A DNA stretch of 64,000 bases from Leptogorgia sarmentosa (Eukaryota). The number at the start of each line of letters is the position of its first letter. The stretch's first letter is position 1. A program made the position numbers and the translations under genes. The stretch is taken from contig OZ210884.1 of the NCBI GenBank assembly GCA_964658305.1, positions 4,650,001 to 4,714,000 of the forward strand. Reading direction: 5' to 3'. The notes under the pieces are model-generated. The model was not told where the DNA came from. It did no database searches and was given only the letters and a program-made list of their open reading frames with translations. Positions 12,601 to 27,600 of this stretch are shown here, piece after piece.

Positions 12601-15600
12601 TAAGAATACGAAAAAAGAAGAAGACGGAAATGAAAACAATACTGTTTTCATTAATGATGGGTTGTATGTATGGTTAATACACGATTATTACGACGAATGT
12701 GCAACCAAAAAAGGCTTATTGCGTAAACCTACCGCCACAAGCTCTGCCATCTCCAGTCAGGCCTTCATTACAACTACAAACTGGAGTACCGGTAATATTG
12801 TTGCACGACGCATTTTGATGACATATACTGCCATCTAAACATTGCACAAACTCTAGAAAAAGGAAACGGTACAATTTAAGCGGTTATATATCCTAAATGG
12901 GCAGGGGAAAATTGCTTTTCTATATATTTGAAAGAACTTTGTTCAAAATTGCAGCTTGTCACTGCTTGTGAATGTGTTTCTGTTTTGAAATGTTTTGATC
13001 ATGATGGAACTCTCAAATTAATCGTTGTCATTTACGTGTCGCAGCCACGGTTATAGCTGACTTGGTATTGAAAATAATTTTGATTGCAAACGCTAAATTA
13101 ATGAGATCAATATATCATGAAAAACTAAACGATTGCTTATTAGTCCCTCAGAGCATTTATAATGTTTGTGAAATGCTAATGTTTGCAGGCATGGCGATGT
13201 GTTACCGCATTCAAAATAATATACTATCTTCAAAGATACGTCGTGTTCTGCTAGAAGGATTTCCTTTAAAATCAGTTTTTTTTCATTTAATTTCAAAAGA
13301 AACCTGGCAGGCTGAACATGAATAATTATATGAATAATTATACCCTCACCCCCTCCCAATCAACATCCTAGATACGCCCCAGATAGCAGGTAATAATAAT
13401 TATTATGAATGCTTTTCAACGATTTGATGCTAGCCCAAAGTTAAAAGGGCATCACCGCACCACGCAAACTGTACACAAAATGTGCATTCGATAGTTTTGT
13501 AGCAATATAATTATTTGCAAGCAGCGCTCAGACCACGATTGCTTAAAAACCTAACGACAAACATATGAGTAGTAAGATGAACGAATGAAATTCGTGAAGA
13601 AAATTTGTCTGATTAGTGATTTAAAGACTATTTCTCACCTGTGCAGTCAACGCCATCGCCAGTAAACCCTTCATTACAACGACAAATGAACGATCCAAGA
13701 TTATTTTCACAAGAGGCATTGGCGTGACAAGGGTTTCCTCCACATTCATCAATATCTATATGGTTGAATGCATAGAATAAACCAAAAGTTAAGATTATAC
13801 GACTTTCTTCAGAATGTTTCGATCTCACATCCAAAGAATCATTAATAATTCCCATGAATTATTACAAAAGAAATGAATGTTGAATTCGAATAAAGTGTAC
13901 TGGACAAGGACGACGTCCATCAGGTATAAACATATAAGGTAGAAAATGACTATATGAATAAGCTCCCACTACCCCTTCTAGTACCTTCAAATATTGCAAA
14001 TTCAGTTTTTTAAGTTCCAGGACTGTTAGATCGGTCAAATCCTGACATATCTGACAGCTTGTTCTATACACGGTCGAACTTGACTTGCTGATGTTAAACT
14101 GACTAACGTTCTCAAAAATGTCCTTGATGTTTGGTAACTTTTCGTATTCAGGAAATTAAAAATATTATCATGCAGTGAAAATAGTGATCATGAAATTCTA
14201 TTTAAATTATCAACCATTAAATAATGAAAAGTTATACCTTCGCAATAGGTGCCACTCCCTGTGAAACCCGCCATACAGTTGCATTCATAGGATCCTGGGA
14301 TATCAATACATGTCGCATTATCGTGACAAACATCATCACACTCGATTATATCTGAAATAAAAAAAATTGAAAATATCAATTTATGGCTACATTTACCTTT
14401 CAGGAAGGAATTCTCCCGAACGCAGTCAGTACGGTCTACGGAAAATGATTTCTAACGCGGTATTGCTTACTATGGAAAGAAACTAAACTAAATGTTTTGC
14501 AATGGACAAAGTATTTAAAGCGTAGCTATAGTTCAAACCTTTATTTAACAAATCAAAACAATTTATTTGTAGATGCCATCAGGGTGATGACACCAAAGTC
14601 AGTTTGTCAAAAAATGTAGCACGCAGCTAAGACAAATTAAAATAATAAAAAAATTCCAAACTGCATGGTATTTTATGGAAGGGAAGCTGAATAACGATTC
14701 ACCGCAAGACACACAAGAACAATGCACATGCATGACACTAATCTAACAATGAACCCATGCAGTTAAACTAACACACGATTTATAAAACCATGAAAGCAGT
14801 ACGGCTGTACGATGAAAAAGTTTCGTTCTAATCTTTCACGATAATTTGCATGTTTGAATTGAGTAAATGTATTTTAAGCAACAAAATAAAAAAGGAAAGG
14901 TAGGTTAAAAAAATAATACAATAGTAGCTAGCTATGTAATTCAGCGTGGCAGTTTAAATGGTGAAAAAAATTTCCTAATATAAAATATACAAGTAATAGC
15001 TACACTAGTGAGTTTTACACAAATTAGCAATTCGTGTCCATTTACCTGTGCAATTTATTCCGTCTCCAGTGAAACCATCGTAACATTTACAAATATAAGA
15101 TCCATACGTATTGTTGCAGGTTGCGTTGTCGTGGCAAATTCCTTGCATACATTCATTGATATCTTAACAAATAATTTTAAAAAAAATTTATATTTCAATA
15201 ATTATATTCTTATTATTAACTTTGAATCAAGAGAAAAATAATATTACCTATGTAGCTAATGTTTCATTCCATGGGTGTTATTCATCGCGAAAATGAACAA
15301 CGAAAGCGGCATATCAATTATTATTTTTTATTTATTTAAGTTTATCTTATAACGTCAAGCAAGCATGGTATGTGTCATTTATATTATAAAAAATAACCTG
15401 TGAAATAATAAGAATTTGTTTTCATTTCACCCAGAAAAAGAAATCTGGTTAACGAACACGAATACCTTCACAACCGACGGAATATCCATCTCCTGAAGTT
15501 CCATTCATACATTGGCAATCATACGAGCCAGCTGTATTTATGCACATCGCAGTCTCATTGCATTCGTTTTGCATGTCACATTCATTTATATCTAAATAAT

Positions 15601-18600
15601 AAAGTGAATTCCGTGTATCATTTGTGCTTGATATGTTTTTAGAAAACTTGAGAAGATATTTTTCGCTGCTAGCATTTTCATCTCCATTGTATTGTATTGC
15701 ACGATTTGCGCCTGTTTTACCTCTGATAGCGTGAACGCGTGATCTATATTATGGATGGACGTGAATTCTACTTTTGTTTACCTTCACAGATCGTTCCATT
15801 AAGAAAATATCCATCATTGCACGTGCAGTTAAAGCTATCCAGCTTGTTGGTACACATGGAAAAATCTCGACAGTATGTTCCAACACAGCATTCGTTGTAA
15901 TCTTAAACGTTGAGAGTTATAATACGTTGACAAACGTTTAGAGTAAGTGTAACTATGCTGGTTTGTGAAAATCACCTGATAAAGGGGTATGGAAATGAAA
16001 ATTAGAGAGATTGAAAAGGACTAAAAATTCTTTGAATTGTGCAGAAAACTATCGTCCAGCCACTTATAAAAACATATATTACACGATTTTCGTACCAATT
16101 ATTCTTATCATTTTGATCAACACGAGGTAAAAAATCGACAATGAAGGATGATGAATACTAAAATTTCTATGTATCTTCTATCAAGAAGACACTTTAAGAT
16201 TTCTTCTTCTATTAGAGATTGCATGGTAAAAGGCAAGATTAAAATCTTGGTAGTAGATAAACTGAATTTCATTTTTTTCGCAATCCGATGAAAGGAAAGA
16301 AAAAAGGAAGAAAATCTTGATATAACTGGATTGAAATTATACATAAATGTTGGCACATACCAAATGCAACGATTAAGTTCACTGGTCCATCATTTGTGTA
16401 AAGAACATCCACCTTCCTCCATGTGCGTTTGTGATATTTGTCAATTCTGTCATTGTCTTTATCCAAGACGTACAAATGCATATAGTCTTGAGCCAAATCA
16501 ATGTCCCCGTCATAGCTAATATTGAGGGGTTTTGTCTGCCCTGTTTCCCAGAAGGTCCTCATTAAATTGTGTGTCCCTGGAGAGCCGTCAAAATTACTCC
16601 AGTAAACGACTTTATAGTGTTCATCAACAGACAATGCTTGAGCTGAGCCATCAAAGTCAATTTCTTGCGTCACAAAGGATACGATGTCAAACAAAACAAT
16701 AGGAGGATCTGATGACCTGGCAATTACCAGCAAGCTAAAAAAATGATGAAAAGTTAATTGTCTTGGTTCTGAAAAATTAATAAAATCAGGCAACTCTGCA
16801 TGCTCCCGTCGACACCTTTAAGAGAAACCCTTTCGAAGAAGCCGTAACTAGCTCCCTAGGAGCCCTTAAGAAAGGCTTAAGGATAGATAATCTATACAAT
16901 ACCTGCTACAAGGTATAATACCACTAATAACTTATACCTACAGTGTATACCTATATACGTATTTAAATCCATCATTTTCAAAAAATACTGAAACAAAGGA
17001 GAATGTGAAACATACTCATTTTTAATGTCAACCTCCAGGTCTTTTATATCGGAAAGAGAACTGAGAGCTTGAATCAGTTGATCTTGACCACTGCTAATGT
17101 TAACTGAGTGGATATCAGAGGTGAGTCTGTTCAGGTAGTACAGAACACCACGTTTACCATCGTATGCAAAATACATAATCTTGTCATTGCTCAACAGAAC
17201 CGCTGCACCCGTGCCACTCAAACTACTACTGTATAAGTTATCATTATCACCGTTGTAGTACAACAGTTTTCGATTGTTTCTGTCGTATCCTAACACACTA
17301 TCCGTTAGAGGAATCATGACGGAAGAGTTTGAAACTATGTGTGATGATGTCGAGTAGTAAAGTATTCCTTCCTCGCAGATTTCTAAAAGAAGCATCAATT
17401 GGTTCATTTTTTACTTAATCAAAACTGTATGAAAAATTTTGAACATTTAGGCTCTCTAGCTTGCCGGGAATGACCATTTCGGAGTCCTATTCGACCTTTT
17501 TAGTTGGCTTTTTTGGGTTTACAAATGAAAGATTGGTCAATAAGGTACAATTTTAATATTTTTTTAATTCCAGCATTTTCTTTTTTTGGGGGGGGGGCAG
17601 CCCCTTGGTTCGTACGTCCCCTTTTTTAAGTTTTACCTACAAATATGGCGAGATTTCCTAAACTGACGTTTTGAGAATTAGCGTAAGGGGTCAAGATCTA
17701 ACCCCATCGTCAAATCGCAATTTAGTTGGAAGTGTTTCATATACAACATATACAGTTTATCCAGGTAGATATATGAATACAATCCCATCGTATTTCCCTA
17801 CCTGTGCAGTTGAAACCATTTCCTGTGAAACCAGAGGAGCACGTACAGGTAAATGATCCCTCACTGTCAACGCAATCTGCATTTGGATCACACGCACCTC
17901 GGTTACATTCGTTAATATCTAATAAAATAATAAAACTAATGTTAGCCTCATTCGTACGTCCAATGCAGAAATTAATATGTCTTTGACATGCCAGCATGCC
18001 TAGACAAATGCCTCAAAAGTATTTTAGAACAGAATGTGGCATTCAATTTTTTAATTAATTGAAATTTGTGTTGCTTATTTTTTAATTAACATTACTTCAA
18101 ACTTTTTTATTTTATCACGAAAATTCGTTTCGAGTTCATAGAGCTTTGAAAATACTGGGCATTACCTGTATACTTACGTATATCGAATAATTTATAAGTT
18201 AAAAGATAGCTATAGTTACGTACTTATACACTCGTCTCCACTGGGTTCAAAACCTTCATTACATTCACAGACAAAGCTTCCTGGAGTGTTGGAGCATGTA
18301 GCGTTCATATGGCAAGTGTTGTTGGAGCAACATTCGTCGATATCTAGGATTCAATAAAAAAAATTATGTTAAAATATTCGGTCAGTAAAATATTATACTC
18401 CCATCGTGTTTATTTTAACGATATAGCATTAATTCTTCGGCCTTCTTGCATGCAAATCACCATAGATCCACCATAGTATAAAACAATATTTAATGTCATT
18501 ATATATTACTACAAATAAATGATCTGATAGAATGTTAACATTGTTTGCTTACCAAAGGCGATGATCAACTCTGTAACACCGGTTGTAGTATGCAACTCCC

Positions 18601-21600
18601 AAAGTTTCACCAACGTTATTCGTGAGTAAACGTCAATGCGATTGCTGTCTTTATCCAATACATAAATATATGATCTGTCTACCACGACACAGATATCTGT
18701 ATTGTACTGGATACCGAGTTCTCTAGTCATTCCCGAAGTAACATATGTACATACGACTATAAACAGGTTATTGGGCTGGTCATAGATGACCCAGTATATT
18801 GTACCATCATCAAACACGTAAAGTGATTGACCAACACCGCGATCGTATGTGATGATTCGAACTGACGCGCTTTCGCCAAGATCATACAGCACAAGCGATA
18901 AATTGTCGGCAGATATGATAATGAGTTTGCTAAAAATGACAAAATTCATAAATTAACCCACATTGATAATAATTATTTGCTACTTCAAATTTGAGTGTGC
19001 TTGAAACTTTTTTCTCTGTAGCTATAGCTATACATATATATAGCCAGAGGATTTTGTGATCATATTCGAAATAGACATACCATGTACTGAAACTAGATGA
19101 ATTGGACTAAAACCTCACTGGATGGCTTCTCAAGTTTTAAAGTTCCGTTAGGAAACTAATGAACACTTTTTATTTACTTACTCATTTGATATATCTATGT
19201 CAAGATCTTTGATGTCGGAAAAGTGAGCCAGAACGGCAACTTCGTTATTTTCCATACTTGTCAGGTTTATCATATGAATAGTTTCCAAGGCGGTGTGTAT
19301 ATAGTATATAACATTACGACGCCCATCATAAGTAAACCGTTCAACATCATCTACATTTTCCAATAAAGTTGCAATTGTGGAACCATTCAAGCGGAGTCTT
19401 GAAAACATCTCGGTTGCATCATAGGTTACAATTTCGCGATTGTGCCTGTCGTACACAAGTTGAGTGTCTTCGGATCTCAACAGCAATTTTGGCAAACGAT
19501 CACTAGCCTTGGTGTTGTAAGAGTAGATGGCAGAATTGTTTGCATAGTAGAGAATTGGTACTTGACAAAGATCTAAAAAAGAATCAGCAAAGACACGGTT
19601 TTATTTATAGGGCTCACATTCATCACAATTTTAGTGAAAGCAAACTGTTTAGATGATCAATTAATACCGGTGATGATAATGCAAAGTAAAACAGAATGGA
19701 AGAAATAACCTGAGGATGATCTCTGGAAAAAGTGAGGAATTTTGTGAAATATAAATTTGTTAAAATGATTTTTTGAAAACTTATAACAGAAATTAATAAT
19801 TAAAAATAATTCTTTTACCTTCAAGTTCACATCTGTCGCCTAAAAAGCCGAATGGACAAGTGCATTCGAAAGATGAATCACCAACATTTCTGCATGAACC
19901 ACCATTGAAGCATGGAGCACTGGCACATGAGGTATCTTTGTTATTAATGAAAGAGAAAAATACAAATTGAATGGTAATAACAAAAACAGCTAGTTAATGC
20001 AATTGTTCAAAGCTTTTGGTGTACCCAAAAGCTACCCATAATAGAAATCACTCTTTTTGCTAATTGTATAAGGGTTAGCTACTACACCTCTAGAAATTCA
20101 ATTTAATAGCATCCGACGAACATCAACACAATGACGTGTTGTTATGAAAACTTATACTTTTGTCGTTCATGTACCATTCAATTCTCAAAGTTAGCCTTAT
20201 AGCTAACAACACATATGAAACTTTTTTTAGGGCAACTATATTTCGCTTCGGTCTGTTGTACTCTCTAGTTTGTTGGAGTTTTGAGTTTAGTTTCCTTTTG
20301 AAGAATGTTATATTTTAGTATAAAAGTTTAGAAATACTCATAAGGATGTTGTTAATCAATTTATACTAAATTTGTTACCATTGGTAATACTTAGGACGCA
20401 TATCAAAGCAGATTTAAAACCAAAATATGTGATAATTTGATTGCTGCATGAAAAGTGAACCGCAAAGATTCCCAAACACTTGCTTTTCCAACTCGATTTC
20501 TCTATTCTTTCATTTCATCAATACTGAGAATTTTGTGAAATTAACAATAAAAAATTTGCGAGCTATCAAGTCGATCGAACATAATAGCTTAAACATATAC
20601 AGTATGTCCGTTTTTCTTTGCGTGTGCTTCGAGTGAATTTAAAATGTTGGTCACTCCTATAGCAACGTAATTATAGCTGCAGCGCTGTTATACCGACCAC
20701 TGACGTGGACGTCAGTACTTTCGGCTTCTCTTTTTCGCCGCGAGATAGCGTCCCACTTATTGAAATGGAATAGTATAATCCCTAGGTGAAAACTAACTGA
20801 TAAGAAAAGGAGAGAATAAAATTTTAAAACAATCAGAATACCCTTATATAAATCGTCCGTTGGAAATTGCGCTCATACTTACTGCATTGTTGATAACGAG
20901 AATCACTCAACCAATCAATGTTCACGACTGCCGAAGCACAGGCAGTGACATACGCTTCTATAGCTTGACACAAACAAACTGGAGAATCACCACCACAGGC
21001 GCATACGTCAAATACACAACCACGGATATAATTCATTGGATTAACCTTGCTTGTACAGTAATTGAAAGGAGAAAACAGCAGAGCAGAACAATTACTTGTT
21101 GCAGTCGCATTTATCTGTGGGTTGCCCTCACATGGGTTTGTTACGTTCGTTCCATTGACAGAGTTAGGAACAAAACGTTCAGTTCTCCACGAATTTCCAA
21201 AGTCTATTGAATTGCTCACGATTTCGCCTTGGGGTGTTCTTAAATCATCGTTGCGTATTCGATTAAATGTTCCGGCCAGACCGCAAGTCTTGTTGAAATA
21301 GCGACCAAACACTGTTACTCTCACGTTGTACACATTATTCCATTCAATCCTGATACCAGCACTTTCAACCCATGTTATTCTAGTGGCAGGTGAATGTACT
21401 CTAGTGACTTTACAGAAAGATAAAAAAAGAGAAAGAAATTTAAACACGGTGAAAGTGGGAAAATCAACAGTTTTCCATGTTCACAATTTTATTTATATGA
21501 AAACAATCTAAAAACTGAACCATTTCTTGAAAAGTACATGCTTTAGCTACCCATCATAGAGAATCTGAAATTTGTGTTCAACCTTTAAATCTTCAGCCTT

Positions 21601-24600
21601 GCTTACTTACCGCCGAAGTTTTGAGGCAACGTGATCGTGTTATCATTTACATCAAGAACGATTCCACGCAGGAGTTTGATAGTTACATGTGGGAAAATCA
21701 CAGTTAGCGATAGCGTACAGGAACCCTGACCGTTAACACAAGGTGCGTTCAATTGTCTCACTTCAAATGTGTTGTCTACGCAGTCTTTAGCCAGAACATA
21801 TTCGCCTGTTCCCGTAAAGTGATAAAACGTTCCATCAAATGTGGTGTAATGTGGATCGCCACCTGCTTCACTTGTTGCTTGAACTGTTATTAACATAATA
21901 ATAGATGGAGTATGTTACAAGAATACTTGTTCCAAAAAATTACAATTATATAATCATCGTGGCGATTGAAATTTAAATTCACTACATAACAATTAGACAA
22001 CGAGGCCGAGTTGTCTATGAGCGAATAGTCATCGAGGGCGAAGGCTGAGTTGTCTAATTGTTTTAGTATACACTCTATGCCCAGAATTATTTCTATCAAG
22101 AAAATTCTTCAGAAACCTCAGCAAAACGCGAGTTTTCTACAGTAGCCATATTGTTTTCCTTTGCTTTTTCGCGAACCGTCGTCTATCAGAATGTAGCATT
22201 TGTATATAATAGACGATGGTGTAACTAATACTGAATATTGAACATTCAAATGTAAATAACATAAGCATGGTCACGGCTCGAAGACATTTCGTTATTCTTA
22301 CAGACTTCCTTACCCAAGACGCAATTTTCTCCTTCACGAGCATAATCAATCTTGCAGACACATTTAAAAATATTCTCCACTTGAACACAGTTTTCGTTCG
22401 CTCCACAATTGAGAATACTGCAATTTGTTGCTGCAAAAAATAGTGTACAATTTAATAAATGATCATTGTAGTCAATTTCCTGGACGCTGATTGGCTAAAA
22501 AGCTTCAACAGCTGTGCGAATTAAACATTAATTACACCGGTTTCGCACTCGCGGTATTTCGCCAAACACGTGTGCAATTTTTCATTAATACTTCTCGAAC
22601 CGCGTGTAATTTCCTATACTAATTTATTTTGTTAGATATAATTATGATATTATGCAGTATACAAACAATACCATCAATAAGATTGCAACTAGAAATTGCT
22701 GACACTACCAGGAAAAAAAACAAGTGGGGAAAATACAAATCCACTTTGTAGGGTTAATTGGTGCCCCAACTTTTCCACAGTTACCAAAATTGTTGAATAT
22801 TGCATAACGGAGAACGATCTAGACGGCAGTAACATGCACACAATACACCATTTTCGGCAACATTTCTGAAGTTTAGATATTCCCTCATTTCCCGCTCTGA
22901 TTTATCATACCTTCGCAGTCAAAACCATCTCCTAGAAAACCTTCGCTACAGTTACAACCAAATGAACCAATCGTATTCTCACAAGTAGCATTTTCGTGGC
23001 ATGGCGATAGCTGATCACATTCGTTAATATCTATAATAAAATATATCGATGGTTCGAAGACACATGCAGTAGCTTTTATAGAACTCCTATATAAACATGG
23101 CCAGACAAAGGGGTGAAAAGGATATTTACAAATAAATACAACTTCATTATGCCGGGCAGGGCCGCCCAGAGGGGGGAGGGGCAAAGGGGGCAATTTGCCC
23201 CTGGCCCCCGGCTTGTTGGGGCCCCCAACGAGCTTTCGCAATCGCAACTCCGACTTCAACATATCCACATGAAGCTCATGAGGGGCTGAGGGGGCCCCAA
23301 GGAAAATTTTGCCCTGGGCCCCAAAAGTTGTCTGGGCGGGCCTGATGCCGGGGAAATAAATTTCAGGTGCATGCACTCCTCGGTCATGTAAAAAAGTATG
23401 CCCACAAAGTCCAAAAAGCTTTAGAAACAACAATTTGGGGCCTTAGTTTACCTTCTACAGTAATTGTTTGAATTAAAATATCTCATTATACTGAAATGGG
23501 AAGAGATTGTCCCAAAAAAAGAGCATTGTGCAACCTAATGGTTCAACGGGGCGATTTCCACGGTGCAATTTGCAATCACATTTTCGATATTTTCTCAAAT
23601 TTGCACAACAAAAACAACAACTTCCACTTTCTTTTTTTTATATTTACCTTCACAATATGTACCATTTCCAGAAAAGCCAGAAACACACGAGCAGTTAAAA
23701 CTACCAAGTGAATTAGAACATGTAGAATTGGAATGGCAGAATGTACCAGCGCAGCATTCATCTTGATCTAAATAGGCAAAATATATCACAGTTCATTGGC
23801 GTAGCAAGGACGGGGGCTGGGGAATTAAGCCCCCAAACATTTTGCAAAGGGGCTAAGCCGCCATTAAATGGAGTAAACCAATATGGTTTAAATTAAGGAA
23901 ATAAATGTTGCTTGTGTTGTTGCGGGTCAATTTCGTGAATTTGGTGTCAAAAGGTCACCCGAATAACATATTCAGGCTCCAGTATCTGAAGGCCACGAAT
24001 TTTTATAAATTCATCACGACTTTTATTATTATAGATGGTTGAATTTAAACTTGAATTAATGTAAAAAAGTCCTAACGATTTTCCCGCCTGTTTTGGTTTT
24101 TTCAACAAAGTCGGATTTTTTTTCTAATCAGTAAACAATGATTTGACAAAGAGAGCTTATGATAAACGTCTAGGTTTTTAATATTATTACTTCGATAAGC
24201 AGATAACACAATGCGTCTGCTGCACTAATTTGCTTTCTTCGCGTAAGATGTAAAAATACATTTCAGTGGACTGACTACATTTTGGTGTCACTTGTGAAAG
24301 GAAAAATCACTGTATGTCGGCAAATATTTTAACATTTATACAAGACGTTAAACTCACCATATCCAATCACAAGATCTTGAATCGCAACATCTAACGTAAT
24401 ATTCCGTGTACGCGTTAGAGAGCTCTTGAGATATATGTCAATGCGCATACTTGAGACGTACAATACGTACAGATTGAGTTCATCAGTCTCGACTTTTATC
24501 ATCTCTGGGTAGACGATATTTAACTGCGTGGTATCTCCTTGGTAGGATGTTTTAAAAACCTCGTATTCTCCTGTATTTGATCTATAACTTGCCCAGTAGA

Positions 24601-27600
24601 TGCAATTACTATGCTCATCCACTGAAATCGACTGTGCTGCAGCTGAGCCATTGTAATTAAACTGCACGACGCTCTCATCACTTGGGTTGTAACGAATGAT
24701 TGGGGGAACGTCTGCTCTTGCTATGTAGAGATAACTATGAAATGAGGAAAGGTTTTTAAATGAGAAAAAGGGATGGGTTTTCAAACTACTTGAAATATTC
24801 AAACTCTATAAAAGTGTATTATTAATTAACCCCGAATAACTTCAGTCGCTACTTATTTAATTAATTGTGTTGTTTTAGGAACAATGATCATGTGTTTGAA
24901 CATTTTAAAACGTGTCTGAGTAGCAACATCAGTTTTTAGGCAACCATTTTTAGACAAGTTTTGGTCATTGTTTATAATTATATTGCTTCCTACGAATTCG
25001 GTATACGTACCATACAGTATTTACTATTGTTATAAAATTAAAAAGAGAAATTTCATGGTCATTGATGCAATACGGTTGAGCCAGCGAGTATTTATTGTTG
25101 GCTTTCAAGTAATAACGTTGAAACTTTCAACGTTATTAGGGGTTATTTCCGCATTTGAGCGTTACACCATCACAGCACTATTCAGTGTACTGCACGTCTA
25201 AATAAATGAATATAAATACCTATTTTTCATGTCGATATCGAGGTCCTTGACACGAGTGACAGAAGACAAGGCAGCAACTGGAGAGTTCAGATCATTGGTG
25301 ATATCATACATTTGTATTGTATCGCCCCGTTCCTCATGATAATATATCATGTTATTTTCCCCATCAACAGTGAAGAATTCTACATCAGCAATGCTTTTTG
25401 TAGCAGAATTTGAACCATCCAAATCATAACTTCTGAAATCACCAGCACTAGTATAGGAATAAAGCCGCTTGTTTGCACCGTCAAACGACAACAATGCAGC
25501 ACTTGTCTGGTTAACAAAGACTGAAGGACCTTCGGACAAATTGTACGCATTGTATGATTGGATGTTAGATTGTGTTGAGAAGAATAGATATGGTATTTGA
25601 CAACGATCTGAAAAAGTAAATAAATCATTAGTTTTGAGACAAACCAAAAGTGTAAATATTATCCCCCATTCCAGTCCCGCATATGGTTGAGTAATTCAAC
25701 GGACGTCACTTTATTTACCAACGTCTTGCAAAGAGTGTTTGCACAAAAATTGCCACTTTTCTAAAGGACCAGATCTCGCTTTATCATATTGTTAAAGTCC
25801 TTGATAAATTAATGTGTTTAAATACTGTGTGTAGTTAAACTGACATTCCGATTTTCAACATGCAGGTTATCTAATCGCAAAATAACTCGACTACAACAGC
25901 TCTCCACAATCTAAAAATTCAGCTGATACCCCGTTTCAATTTAATTCCAAGGTAATGGACCATTCTATACTATGTAGCTACTACTTAAGGAATAGAAATC
26001 ATTTTCCAAGTTTACATCGAATTACATAACTCAATGTAAACATAGGAAAATGATTTCTATTATTTTTATAAAATAACAAGATGACAAAAGCGGAATAACG
26101 AAATAGCGTGAAGCAGCGGGAAATAGCTTTGCTTACATAATCTCACATCAACACGGCTGTTGGCCAATCACACGCGTGCAGTCTTTTTCACTTACTTCCG
26201 GTTGTTTTATAAATATCTTGATAAATGTTTTTACCTAAACTTTATCTGTTACAAAATGCAGAATCCCGCTCTGTAAAATATATCTGAAAAGAATGGATGT
26301 CTACAAAAAAGAGTTACCTTCGATTTCACAGCGAGCTCCTGAGAATCTAGCAAGACATGAGCAAGAGAACGATGATGGTCCATCATTTGAGCAAGTTCCG
26401 CCGTTCAAGCATGGAATGCTAGCACATGGTGTACCTATATTAACGCAAGTAAAATGATTTATTATAGTTATCTTTCAATCGGACCAGCAAGCAATTATTT
26501 TCACACATCTTCCTCAAGGATACATGGGAAGAGAAATTGTTTCAAGTAAGTCATCAAAGAAAATACTCAATCGCTAAGGTGTAATTCCCCCTTTCATAAA
26601 CTCATACATTCCCGTACTATCAGGACGAAGATTTTCTGTATACGTATGTCACGTATCTCGTGCTCGAAACTCAAATTTGTCAAAATATAAATGTCCACTT
26701 TTTGTGTTTCCAAGTCGGCAGACTCACTTAAAAAGGTGGATGGATTCATAATTTATATATTGATATCAAAATGAAAATTAAACGATTTTGGCGGGTACGC
26801 CAATTAGCCGACACATTAGTGTAAGAAAATACATGTCATACCGCATTGTTGGAAACGAGGATCACTCAACCAGTCAATGGTTACTCCAGTTGCTGCACAA
26901 TCAATGACATAAGCATCTACTGCTTGACAGAAACAAACTGCATGATCACCACCACACCCACATACATCATATTCACAATCGTCTATATAGCGTTCTGGAG
27001 AAATCCCAGTACAGTTTTCAAAAAGTGACGTTCTTAATGCAGAACAATTCGCTACGGCTGTCGCATTTCTGTCAGCATAAGTGATACATGGGTGTACCAA
27101 ATCTGTTGCATTCTCGCAGCCAGGATCAGTTTTCCAGGAATTTCCAAAGTCCACTGCATTGTCTAAAGTTGCTCCATTTTGCGCTAAGAAGTCATCGTTA
27201 GGATTTCGATTAAATGTTCCGCACAGACCACATGTTCTGTTCAGATACCGACCAAACACCGTCACTCTCACGTTATGCACATTGTTCCATTCCACTTTGA
27301 TACCATCGCCTTGTACCCATGTTATTTGGCCGTGGCGCTCCACAGTTACACCTAGAAAAGAGGAGAGAAATTTAAAATCTATATACTGTATGTATTTTTT
27401 TAAGTAACGAATTGAATGAAATGCACTTCACTATTATGTATACGACTAGTGCCGGTTACTTTGCGACAGTGTTTTTTCACAGTACTATCACCGTTAGGAA
27501 AAGATTTAATATGTGATGATAAGCAGCATCTGAAGCCTGAGCGAAGTAATATTTTAGAATTGGAAATACTTACAGCTGTATCGCGGGTAATTAACAGTAA

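Noticed and set aside
22885..23433. 182-aa ORF with a Pro/Gly-rich segment as a real extension
   Set aside because: Chance read-through of the GC-rich MITE into the EGF exon at 22911-23030.
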